Assembly (NCBI GenBank): GCA_965208675.1
Contig: OZ242351.1
Span: forward strand, 800,001-864,000
Length of the DNA stretch: 64,000 nt
Direction of reading: 5' to 3'
Source of the DNA: Candidatus Poribacteria bacterium
GTDB lineage: Bacteria > Poribacteria > WGA-4E > PCPOR2b
A program made the position numbers and the translations under genes. The notes beneath the pieces are model-generated. The model was not told where the DNA came from. It saw nothing but the letters and a program-made list of their open reading frames with translations, and ran no database searches. This document shows, one piece after another, positions 19,093 through 30,100 of this stretch (positions are counted from its first letter, which is position 1; the number at the start of each line of letters is the position of its first letter).

Positions 19093-21846
19093 ATGACACT
19101 CCTCCAACCAATCTGGCTATTACTATGTATACCGCTTGGCGTATCGCTGTGGGTCTGGAAACCGAGTTCGCGGTTACTCTGGATATTGCGGTTCGTAATA
19201 TTATCTCTAGTCCTGTTAGCGATGTGCGGGCTTGCCGTGGAATTGCCGAGACGGGCCGGCACCATTGTCGTCATCGCGGACCGTAGCTTGTCGATGCCGC
19301 ACGGCAGCGAAGCTAGGCAGAAAGAAGCTATTGATTTAATACAGAGCGAGATGCCGAGCGATTCCCGCCTTGGCGTCGTCTCCTTTGGACGTGTGTCCGC
19401 GGTCGAACAGTCACCGCAAAGTGGAAAGTTCGCGGGTTTTGTCAACGAGGTGAACGGCGATGCGTCGGATCTAAACGCCGCAGTTGCGCAAGCCATTGCA
19501 CTCATACCGCGAGATTCGCCCGGCAGAGTGATTCTTCTGTCGGACGGCAGATGGACTAGTAACGACCCGATGGACACAGCAGCCCAAGCCGCAGCGCGAG
19601 GTATCCCCATTGATTACCGCGCCATGCGCCGGAACTCCGTAAACGATGTTGCCATCTCCCATGTAGATGCCCCCGATGTTGCAACACCCGGTGAATCGTT
19701 TATGATTGCCGCATGGATACACGCGCCGATTTCAGGAGAAATTTCATACGAGTTGTTGCGTAATAATCAACGCCTAACGGCTGGCAAGCGGAGCGTTCCA
19801 TCCGGGTTGAGCCGGCTGATTTACCGGGACAAAGCCGCGCAACCGGGTACTCATCAATACGCTGTGCGAATTGCGGGAAGCGAATCCGACCCGGTGCCAG
19901 AGAACAATACGGCAAAGGTCTTGATCGGTATTCAAGGGGCTCGCCCCATTCTTCATATCACAACCACTTCCAATACTGGGTTGGCGAATCTGCTGAAAGC
20001 GGGCGGTTTGGATGTAAAATCCGCACCGCCGTCGGCATACATCTGGTCGCTTGATGGACTTTCCGGATTTTCGGCAGTGCTGGTAGAGAATGTGTTCGCG
20101 GGTGAGATTGGCCTCCACGGCATGGAAAATCTTGCCGCTTGGGTCAGAGAGACTGGGTCGGGGTTCATGATGACCGGCGGCAAACACGCCTATGGACCGG
20201 GCGGCTATTTCAAATCTCCGCTCGAGCCAATCATGCCGCTCTCCATGGAGTTGAGACGCGAACATCGGAAGCTGTCGCTCGCGATAGTGGTGGCGATGGA
20301 CCGGTCCGGCAGTATGTCAATGCCGGTAGGCGGCGGCAGGACGAAAATAGATCTCGCAAATCTCGCGACAGCGGAAGTTTTTGACATGTTGTCACCGACG
20401 GATGAGTTTGGCGTAATTGCGGTCGACAGCGCCCCGCACATTATTGCCAACCTCGCGCCTGTTGACAAACTAGGAGGCACCCGGAGCAGAATCCTTCGAA
20501 TTGCTTCACAGGGCGGCGGTATCTTCGTCTACGAAGCACTTAGCGCCGCATCTTCAATGTTACTCCGCGCTCAAGCCGGTACGCGGCACATCATTCTGTT
20601 TGCGGATGCCGCCGATTCCGAGCAACCCGGACGCTATATAGAGTTGTTGGAGGAATGTCGAAAAGCTAACATTACTGTCAGCGTCGTAGGACTCGGAACA
20701 CCGTCCGATGTCGACGCTGGACTGCTGCGTGACATCGCCCGGCGCGGCGAGGGGCGTTGCTTTTTTACCGAAGATGCCGAAGAGTTGCCGCGTCTGTTCG
20801 CTCAGGACACGTTTGTGGTGGCGCGCAGCACGTTTGTTGACGAACCCACGCCGATTAAAACCACAGGCGGGATGGCTGCGTTGACCGGCGCTCAATATCA
20901 GATTCCGTCCTCTATCGGCGGGTACAACTTATGTTACATTCGTCCCGACGCAAACCTCGCTGCCGTGACCTTGGACGAATACAAGGCGCCTGTGGTAGCG
21001 GCGTGGCAGGCGGGTACTGGACGGGTGCTCTGCTATACAGGAGAAGCGGACGGGGCGCACACCGGCGCAATTGCCAATTGGAATGGTATTGGAAACCTGT
21101 TCACGAGCTTAGCACGCTGGACTGCTGGAGATTCTGGCAACCTCCCCGATGGGATGTTGCTCACACAAAAGGTCAGAAACGGCGTCGGCAAAATACAACT
21201 TCATCTCGACCCGGAACGAGAGGGTGAAATGTTCAGGGATCTACCTAGCGTGACTGTTCTACGCGGCGTAGTTGGAGAAAAGCCGACCGTGAGTAAAACA
21301 AAGTTGTCATGGACATCCGCCGACTCGCTCACTGCGGATGTTCCCATACACGGCGGTGAAACAGCGCTAGCGACCGTGGAGGTACCGGGGGCTGGAACTG
21401 TATCGCTGCCGCCGATTTGCCTGCCTTATTCACCGGAGTTTAAGCCCGCGCCGGACGAATCCGGTCTAGCGACATTGGAAAGGCTTGCCAAAACGTCCGA
21501 GGGAAAATCGAGAGTCAGCCTCGGTAGTATTTGGGACGATTTGCCGCGCAATCCCCGTCTAATAGGTCTCGCACCGTGGTTACTGATCGCGGCGCTTCTC
21601 CTTCTGCTGCTCGAAACACTCGAACGCCGTACAGGGTTGTTTTCCATGAAACGGACGTACAGAGTGGTAGAAGCAGTTTCGCAACGAATACCCCGAAAGG
21701 CGCGCCGCACATCGAGGACGATTTCATCGCCCGTAAAAACATCGCCGCACACTTCTCCAGAACCGGAGGGTAGCGTGGAGCGGGATGGAATGCTAGACGC
21801 CTTAACCCAAGCGCGAAGGCGTGCCAGCGGACGGACAGGGCAGTGA
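19093..21846 (+). CDS. vWA domain / glutamine amidotransferase-like membrane protein
   Basis: Two MIDAS-like motifs (DRSLSM, DRSGSM), LLSDG, GGKHAYGPGGY, N- and C-terminal TM helices. Confidence 0.88.
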   Translation: MTLLQPIWLLLCIPLGVSLWVWKPSSRLLWILRFVILSLVLLAMCGLAVELPRRAGTIVVIADRSLSMPHGSEARQKEAIDLIQSEMPSDSRLGVVSFGRVSAVEQSPQSGKFAGFVNEVNGDASDLNAAVAQAIALIPRDSPGRVILLSDGRWTSNDPMDTAAQAAARGIPIDYRAMRRNSVNDVAISHVDAPDVATPGESFMIAAWIHAPISGEISYELLRNNQRLTAGKRSVPSGLSRLIYRDKAAQPGTHQYAVRIAGSESDPVPENNTAKVLIGIQGARPILHITTTSNTGLANLLKAGGLDVKSAPPSAYIWSLDGLSGFSAVLVENVFAGEIGLHGMENLAAWVRETGSGFMMTGGKHAYGPGGYFKSPLEPIMPLSMELRREHRKLSLAIVVAMDRSGSMSMPVGGGRTKIDLANLATAEVFDMLSPTDEFGVIAVDSAPHIIANLAPVDKLGGTRSRILRIASQGGGIFVYEALSAASSMLLRAQAGTRHIILFADAADSEQPGRYIELLEECRKANITVSVVGLGTPSDVDAGLLRDIARRGEGRCFFTEDAEELPRLFAQDTFVVARSTFVDEPTPIKTTGGMAALTGAQYQIPSSIGGYNLCYIRPDANLAAVTLDEYKAPVVAAWQAGTGRVLCYTGEADGAHTGAIANWNGIGNLFTSLARWTAGDSGNLPDGMLLTQKVRNGVGKIQLHLDPEREGEMFRDLPSVTVLRGVVGEKPTVSKTKLSWTSADSLTADVPIHGGETALATVEVPGAGTVSLPPICLPYSPEFKPAPDESGLATLERLAKTSEGKSRVSLGSIWDDLPRNPRLIGLAPWLLIAALLLLLLETLERRTGLFSMKRTYRVVEAVSQRIPRKARRTSRTISSPVKTSPHTSPEPEGSVERDGMLDALTQARRRASGRTGQ

Positions 21847-21923
21847 ACGTAAAATTATTCAAATATCTTGAATTTTTCGATGCAGATGCGCTAGAATTAA
21901 CACCGACAACGGAGAGGTGTTTT

Positions 21924-22601
21924 ATGTTCATTCGATATCTAATTCTCTTCCTGCTATCGGTGGTAACTATGTACGGATGGGCGGATGTGGATGAATCATT
22001 ATCCACACAGCAGCAAGCCAACCGACCGACCTCCGTAACGCCTGCCTGAAGTGCCTGACCGGGCGAAGGCGCGCCGCTTCGGGGAAGCGGAATTCAGAAA
22101 AATTGGGCAATTTCATGGCGTTATATCCGCACCGAGTTGGACCGGCCTCGCTGGCGGACAACACTGAACTACGCGGTGGCAAATAGACTTCAACTCGGCG
22201 TCGAATTCAATCCCGCTGCTCGAGAGTTCGCACCGCTCGCCAACTTTTTTCTTTTCACTGAAACGAACGTCCGACCCGCGGCGGTTATAGGAACAAGTTC
22301 AGACCGTGTCGGGTCGCCGCCGAAGGAACAAGCATACTTTTTGACAATCGCCAAGCGTCTGCCGAGCGTGCCGATTTCGGCCTATGCAACCATCAACTAC
22401 TCTGAATGGGACGACGGGTTCAATTTCCCTTTCGGTGCTAGCATTGCCTTCGGTAAAGGCTTCACTTTACGCGGCATGTACGACGGAGATCTCCCCCACG
22501 TGATGTTGAACTACTACTATAAAGAGCTCAGCTTAAGTCTAATGTACATAAGTATCGATCAATCGCAAAGGCCGGGCATCGCGCTGTCCTCATCATTCTA
22601 A
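21924..22601 (+). CDS. Putative exported UxxU selenoprotein with beta-barrel-like C-terminal domain (reads through TGA 22047 and 22056)
   Basis: RBS GGAGAGG + ATG 21924, signal peptide, ...TPA-TGA-AGT-GCC-TGA-PGEG... continuing in frame into ORF 22137-22601; terminal Phe. Confidence 0.75.
22074..22090 (+). promoter_or_regulatory. Candidate bacterial SECIS hairpin
   Basis: CCGCTTC-GGG-GAAGCGG; G-rich apical loop about 22 nt after the second TGA and 31 nt after the first. Confidence 0.6.
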
Positions 22602-22632
22602 CCATTTTAATTGCCTGTTCACAACGTGTCAG

Positions 22633-23505
22633 ATGGACGAGACTTTCCGCCAATATCTCATAGACGGCGAACGCGCAGGGACGCAGTACACACTCACTGC
22701 ACCGCGCAATGTGCCCTTTGGGTTAGCCGGAAATCTAACAGGGAAGCGTCCGGGGAGTTCACTGGAGTTTATCGACCACCGGGAATACCAACCGGGCGAC
22801 GACCTGCGAAGAATTGACTGGGGCGGCTTCGCCCGAAGCGATAAATTGACCGTAAAGTTGTACCGGGACGAAGTCAACCCGCATCTAGACCTTGTCATTG
22901 ATGGATCGCGCTCGATGTCTCTCGAAAATTGCCCCAAAGCGCAAGCTACGCTTGGGTTAGCAGCAGTTTTTGCAACGGCGGCTGAGAATGTCGGTTATTC
23001 CCATTCCGCCTGGATCGCCGGGGATGGATATCGCAGGGTGGGAAACGGCGCAGACCGACCCTCAATTTGGCAGGGAATAGACTTTGAATATCGGGGCGAC
23101 CCTTCCACGTCTTTCGCCAAGCTCCCTCCGTCGTGGCGTCCCTATGGGATGCGCGTGTTACTTAGCGACCTGCTCTGGCCGAGCGACCCGACCGCGGCGC
23201 TGTCTCGATTCGGTGAACGCGCCGCCGCCGTCATTCTGGTCCAAATCTTATCGGAGGTAGACGTCAATCCCATCGAACGCGGCAACATTCGACTTGTCGA
23301 TTCAGAAACCGATGATGTGCAAGAAATATTCTTGGACGCGGTTGCTGAAAAGCGGTACCGCGCCGCATTCGCACACCATCAGGAGAACTGGAATCTCGCC
23401 GCGAAACGCGCTGGAATTGTGATGACAACAGTTATGGCTGAGCACATCCTGAGCGATTGGAGATTAGAAACGCTGGTTGGCGCTGAAGTGCTAAACATGG
23501 CATAG
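22633..23505 (+). CDS. DUF58 family protein (MoxR partner)
   Basis: GSSLEFIDHREYQPGDDLRRIDW, IDGSRSM, LLSDL. Confidence 0.92.
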   Translation: MDETFRQYLIDGERAGTQYTLTAPRNVPFGLAGNLTGKRPGSSLEFIDHREYQPGDDLRRIDWGGFARSDKLTVKLYRDEVNPHLDLVIDGSRSMSLENCPKAQATLGLAAVFATAAENVGYSHSAWIAGDGYRRVGNGADRPSIWQGIDFEYRGDPSTSFAKLPPSWRPYGMRVLLSDLLWPSDPTAALSRFGERAAAVILVQILSEVDVNPIERGNIRLVDSETDDVQEIFLDAVAEKRYRAAFAHHQENWNLAAKRAGIVMTTVMAEHILSDWRLETLVGAEVLNMA

Positions 23506-23611
23506 CCACTTAATATAACCGAAAACTATCACATTCAATCTGCGGACTAGTCGAATCAACATCTTGATATATAGCAATCGAATAAACTTTTTATATTATA
23601 TAGATTCACGC

Positions 23612-23641
23612 TTGACCTAACTTGCGGACTCATTATATAAT
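23612..23641 (+). promoter_or_regulatory. Sigma70 promoter for the TonB-dependent receptor
   Basis: TTGACC-18 bp-TATAAT. Confidence 0.6.
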
Positions 23642-23805
23642 ACCCGTTGATCCCTACGGATTTGAGCGCTGAAACACGATCCATGACGCCAATTCCTCGC
23701 AAAGCAATTTTTCGATTGATAAATCTACCGTAAATTCTGATTCCGAGTTGCTGCTTACGAGCGCAGCCATCAACAACCTTTCTTAGTACATAAGGAGATT
23801 CCAAA

Positions 23806-26696
23806 ATGCAACAATCCAAGTTAATAAATATTGTGTTATTAGTCGTGATTTTGACGGTAGCTGGGCTGATGGCGCCGGTACAATCCGCCGCCCAGACCAT
23901 GACCGATTCAGATACTCAATCCAGTGATGCATTCGACGATTCGGGCATGGATGCCGCGTCCGATACCGGGGATGCCATGGAGGACATGACCGATCACTCG
24001 TCAGAAATCATCGAACTGGAACAGGTATCCGTCACAGCCTCCCGACGCAGGGAAAAGGTGCTTGAAGCGCCGGCGTCAGTTGCCGTGGTGGGGTCTACCC
24101 AAATCAAAGATCGAGTCACGTCAACCCTGTCCGAACACGTAAAGTCTGTGCGCGGCGTAGACCTTGCTAAGACAGGATTGGGAGCGTCGCATGTCGTTGT
24201 GCGCGGCTTCAATAACGTCTTCTCAGGGACGCTGCTGTCGCTCGTTGACAACCGAATTGCCCGCGTTCCTTCGCTGCGTTTGAACGCTTACACGCTCATC
24301 CCGACTTCGAACGAGGATATTGAACAGATTGAAGTCGTCTCGGGCCCTGGCGCCGCGCTCTACGGCCCTAACAGCGCCAACGGCGTCATGCACATCCTTA
24401 CGAAATCTCCTTTCAACTCGCAAGGAACCACCGTCAGCATCGGCGGCGGCGAGCGGAGCGTGCTCCTGGGGTCGCTTCGGCACGCTGGCGTAATCAATGA
24501 AAATATCGGGTACAAGTTTTCTGCCAACGCATTCCGAGGTGATGACTGGGAAGAGGGACGCGCGGAAGCTGATTTAAACGGCGTAAAACCGCCCGAGTTT
24601 GATACCTATAGAGCTGGCGGTGACTTTCGCGTTGATTACCGCCCGACTAGCGACCTAACGACGATTGTTGCAAGTGGTTTTACCCAAACGACGGGTTTGG
24701 AAATGACTGGCATCGGCGCCGGGCAAGCCAAGAACTGGACTTACGGCTACGTCCAAGGCCGCCTCATCTACAGAGACCTTTTCGCACAAGCCTTTTGGAA
24801 CCGCAGCGACGCCGGGGATACCTACACGCTACGGGCAGGCGACCCAATTATCGACAATTCCGATTTGTATGTGGGACAGATTCAACACGGATACAGCTTG
24901 GGTGAGAATCAGCGGTTCACGTATGGCTTGGATTTATTGCTGACCCGCCCGGATACTGAAGGCTCAATCAACGGACGCAACGAGGACAATGACAACGTCA
25001 ACGAGGTCGGCGCTTACTTGCAGTCGGAAACTAAAATTCTTCCCGAGTTAAAGTTCATCGCCGCCGCGCGTGTTGATGACCACAACCACCTCAATGACCT
25101 CGTGCTTTCGCCGCGTGCGGCGCTCGCCCTTCAGCCAAACGATAACCACAACATCAGACTGACCTACAACCGCGCCTTCAGCACACCGTCTTCCTCGAAC
25201 CTATTCCTTGATGTCGTGTCGATTCCTGACGCATTCGGCTTAGGCGCCGCATTCCAACCCGCGTTGGGATTCAGCCCGGCAATCGATATTCGCGCGCAGG
25301 GGGTAAGCAGTGAAACCGGATTTACCTTCAAAAGGAGTGCGGACGGGCGGCCGGAATTTCGATCGCCATTCTCAGCGGCTGCAAATCTACCTGCCGACCA
25401 ATACATTCCGCTTGACGACCCTGTTTTTACCAACGTCATGTGGAGTGTCGGCAGATCCGCAATCTTGAGTGAAGCACAGCCCATGTTTGAAGCCGGGTTA
25501 AAGCAGGCGTTCACTCCTGAAACCCTGCCGCAATTACTGCAAAGCCAGTCGCCGGCGCAGATTGAGGGCATCGTGTCAACGCTGCCGGCAGAAGTGACGC
25601 AGCTTCTACCGCCGGCATTTCAACAGCCAGGTGCTATCGCGGCCTTACCTCCCGAAATCTTACAGCCGCTCATTCCCCAAGTGCTTGCGTCGTTGCCGGC
25701 GCCAGTGGTTGAAGGACTCACTGCTTCTCTCATCGCCGACCTGTCTGCCGGTTTTGCGAACGCCGTACCGGCACAGGTTTCAGGCGTGAAAAACTCCCTG
25801 CTTGCGCTAAATCCGGAAACAGAGGAATTTGAGCCGATTGCGGACGTAAACGACGTTGACCCCATTACTCCAACGATTACACAAACGTATGAAATGGGTT
25901 ACAAAGGGATTCTGATGGATAAAATCGCGTTCTCCGCTGACGTGTATCACACAAGAATTAACGATTTTATCGGTCCCTTGGTGGTTGAAACGCCCAACGT
26001 ATTCTTGGATGCAAATACATTAGGTGCTTCCATCGCCCAACAACTCACCGAGACGTTGAACGATCCGAAAAACGCATTGCTCAACCAAGCGTTGCTCGCA
26101 TTCGACTCGCCGGCACAAGGTGGAAATGGCGATGGTTCAGCCGTCGATGAGTTGACGAAGTTGTTCGTCGCGGGCACCGATAACAACGGCGCCGCGTTCA
26201 TTCCCTTGGCACCGTGTCCCCCGATCAGGCGGGCGATCCGAACGCAGTGATGCTTACCTATCGTAACTACGGCGACATCTCGCTTAACGGAACCGATCTG
26301 AGCCTAACGTATTATCTCAATCACAGCTTGAGTGTGACTGGAAATTACTCGTTCGTCAGCAAGGACCTGTTTGAGACCGATATCCGCAACATCGCCCTAA
26401 ACGCGCCAAAGAATAAGTTCGGCGCAAATGTCCAATACCTCAACCCCGATTTAGGTCTTGGCGCTGGCGTCGCGATGCGCTATGTCGCTGGATTTCCGAT
26501 GAACTCCGGTGTCTATATCGGTGACGTTGAGTCGTATTACACCATTGATGTTAGTGCGGGATACGATTTACCGTTCGGTCCAAAACCGCGCCTGTCGCTG
26601 ACCGTACAAAACCTTCTGGACAAAATGCACCAGCAATTTGTCGGCGCCCCGTACATTGGCCGCCTGTCAATGTTGCGCTTGACACAGACATTTTAA
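23806..26696 (+). pseudogene. TonB-dependent receptor split by a 1-nt frameshift near 26206 (error or pseudogene)
   Basis: TonB box/plug VSVTASRR, IEQIEVVSGPGAALYG; ORFs 23806-26250 and 26214-26696 join at IP-x-GTVSP; C-terminal NLLD..RLTQTF. Confidence 0.85.
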
Positions 26697-26868
26697 CAAT
26701 AGGCTTAACTGAGTCGAGATTTTGGGGTGACCGGGTTAGAATTGGCAAATTCGATAATAAATTTCCCTTTAGTTTGCCAAGAATTTGCTCCAATTTTCCT
26801 GTTGTTGGAATAGCATGGGGATTTCCCAAAATTTTGTTGCAGCCGAATTTTACCTTCAACCCATGCAC

Positions 26869-26931
26869 AGAAACCGAGTTTATTTCAATCCTGAAGCTAC
26901 GAGAACTTCATCGTGTATAAACTCGGTTTCT
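26869..26931. repeat. Perfect 15-bp inverted repeat in intergenic DNA
   Basis: AGAAACCGAGTTTAT / ATAAACTCGGTTTCT. Confidence 0.65.
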
Positions 26932-27112
26932 CTCAAATTTTTGCAGGACGCTGCTCCTCCTTAAAACGCGTTGTCGTTCAACTGTCGGCAGTCGGATGTC
27001 GTCCTATATTAGTGCGACTTTTACGGCTAGAGTCTGCCCGCCTTGCACCGTGGCTCCGTCAACGTTGAAGAATTAAAATGCCGCAAAAATCAATTGCAAA
27101 AGGAGGCAGCCC

Positions 27113-30100
27113 TTGAAAAAGTTTGTCCTGATTGTACTCGCCGCCCTAGCCTTTCCACAAGTCAACTCTACGCAAAGCACCACTGACCACTCCGCGCTCG
27201 AACCCATACAATCTGCACTACAGTCAAAGCGTTTCAAGGATGCAGTACACCTCATTGATACTGCATTGACGACGGCAGAGAATCAACGAGACTATCTGCT
27301 TTATCTCAAGGGTCTCGCGCTGTTCTATAACGGTGATTACAGGGGCGCAATTGAGACGTGCGTCCAATTCATTCAGGATCACCCTGATTCCACGTGGTTG
27401 AGGAAAGCAACGTTCCTTCAAGCCCAGTGTCATCTCAAACTGAAGGAATTTAAACAGGCTGAAGCAATCTACAGTAAAGAGGTTAGTCGGCTTCTCTCAT
27501 CAAGACGCAAATCGGAAATTGCCCAAATTTACATTCAGCTTGCCGAAACCTTCGCGCACAAACCCGATGACGCAGACCTCGACGCCCGCCAGCCGAACTA
27601 TCAGAAAGCGTATGAACTGTATCAAAAAGTTTTGGCGTTAGAGGTTGACCGTAACCTTCGCAAAACGGCTACCTTCCAACTCGGACGCATGATGCAGCTG
27701 CAGGAGAAATACGCACAAGCCGTTGTTGACTACGAAGCCTACCTTACACAGTTTGATCCCAATTTTCAGCGCCCGGCCGCTTTGCCAATGCCTTCAAAGA
27801 AGAGCAAAACGCCCGATGGCCGCCGCTATCAGGCTCATTACCATCTAGCGGAATGCCAGATAGCCTTGAATCAGCACCTACAGGCGCGATTGACGCTTGA
27901 GAACATATTAAAACCGGCCGAATTTGAAACGAAAGAACTACAGCCTCTCATTAAAAACGCTCGCTTCCTGTTGACCCGGACCTACCACTTCCCTAACCCC
28001 AAGTCAAACAAAGAGTTGGAGCTAGGCGTACAATCTGCCCGAAGGTTTCAGGAGCAGTTTCCGCGTGACCCGCGCTCAATGACACTAGCGCACGAAATCG
28101 GTGAGGCATATCGGATGCGGCATCGAAGCGAGGAAGCGCTCGCTGCGTACCAAGACGTTATCGACGGAAAGGGCTTCAAAGTAACCCAAAAGAAGCGGCA
28201 ATTTTCAAATCCCAACAATCAAGATTACCATCACCTCCGTATGTCCTCCGCATTTCAAATCGGGAGTATTCTGTTCAAACAGCGAAAGTATAACAATGCA
28301 ATTGAAGCGTGGAATAGATACATTCGAGAGTTTCCCAATGGACCTGAATGGACCGACGCTCAACAGGGGATTGTAAAAGCCGAATTTCAAATTGCTGTAT
28401 CGCTCCTTGCCGGCGAAAAATACGAAGAAGCTGTGCGTGCGTTCGATACCTTCCAAGCAAAACACCCGCTGGATGAACGCGTGCGGCAGATAATGTTTAT
28501 TTATGGCCAAATTCACGCTCACAAATCCGAACATCAGCTCGCAATTACCGAGTGGGAAAAGCTCGTGAGCAAATTCCCGAACACGGAAGAATCGTCACTC
28601 GCGCTCTTTCGCATAGGGCAGACGTACGAACTACCATTGGGCGATCTTGAAAACGCGCTAGAATCTTACCGAAGGCTAACCTGGGGAAGCTGGCACGCTC
28701 GTGCGCAAGAGGTCATACGCCAGATGACAGAGAAGCACCTCCAACTTGTCACACCGCGCACGTTCCGTACGAATGAACCGACACACGTGCAAGTGTCTCT
28801 TCGCAATATCGAATCCCTCACGGTGAATCTCTACAAACTCAATCTTGAAGCCTACTGGCGCAAGATGTACGATGTGAACGGCGTGGAAGATCTCGATCTC
28901 GACTTGATCGAGCCGAACAAGACTTGGCAATACAGCGTTCCAAACTACGAGAAGTACAAGAGCTTGGAGTGCAATATCAACATTCCGTTTGCCGGTCCCG
29001 GCGTTTACGCGGTGCAACTCGGCGATGAGTCGCTGGAATCCACGACACTTCTTATCCGCAGCGATATCGAGACTATCACCAAGACATCCCGCCGCGAGGT
29101 ACTTGTATTCGTGCAAAATATGCTGAATGGCGAAGTGGTCGCCGATGCTAAGGTGCTTGTAAGCGACGGCTCAAGCGTAATCTTCGAAGGACGCACCGGA
29201 GCGGACGGTGTACTCCATGCAACTGAACCTGACATTTCGGATTTCGCATTGGTAGAGAACCAACTTAAGGATGCGAGTCAGGTGGCGGTATTCGTCGTCA
29301 AGGGTGGACACGTGGCCGCAGACGGGTTAGATATTTCAGGGCTTGGCTTCAGTAAAGGCTTGACGCCGCGCGGCTATATCTACACCGACCGCCCCGCATA
29401 CCGACCGGGAGAACGCGTTTCAATGCGCGGCATTATCCGTGATGTCAGCAATGGCGCGTACGTGGTACCGGACGGTGCACCATGTAACGTCTCAGTGATC
29501 GATGCACGCGGACGCCAAATCCATAAAGAGGAGGTCAAACTCTCTCAGTTTGGCGGGTTCGTCACGCAGTTGCAGCTTGACAATGCCGCCGCTGTCGGCG
29601 AATACCGCATCCGTGTGGCAGAATTCGACCCAGATGCAAAGCTAGAAATCTCAAGCCACACATTCACAGGTAACTTTCAAGTTCAGCGATTTCAACTCGA
29701 AAAGGTACAGTTGCTGCTCGATTTTCCACGCAGTGTCTACTTCCGCGGTGAACAGGTGAATGCTACCTTTACGGCACGATACTATTACGGCCAGCCGGTG
29801 AAGCACGCAAAAATTCAATACAAACTTCCAGATGGCCGGAGCTATACGGAAACCGCTGATAATCAGGGAAAACTGCAGGTCAATTTCGATACGACATCTA
29901 TGCAACCCGGCAAACCGCTTCATTTCAGCGGGACAGTTCCGGGTGAGAATGCCAGCGTTAAAACCTCCGTGACGCTTGCACATCTCGGATATTCAATTTC
30001 TGTGCAACCTGACGCTAAACTTGTTCTCTCCGGTGAACCGTTCGACGTAACATTACATACAAAAGGCGCTGATGGTCATCCGGTTGGCGAAAAATTAACC

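Noticed and set aside
21843-22049. Independent 68-aa ORF and separate 154-aa ORF at 22137
   Set aside because: Better explained as one read-through gene from ATG 21924
23642-23805. Cobalamin or TPP riboswitch upstream of the TonB receptor
   Set aside because: No B12-box or TPP consensus recognisable; a covariance search would be needed
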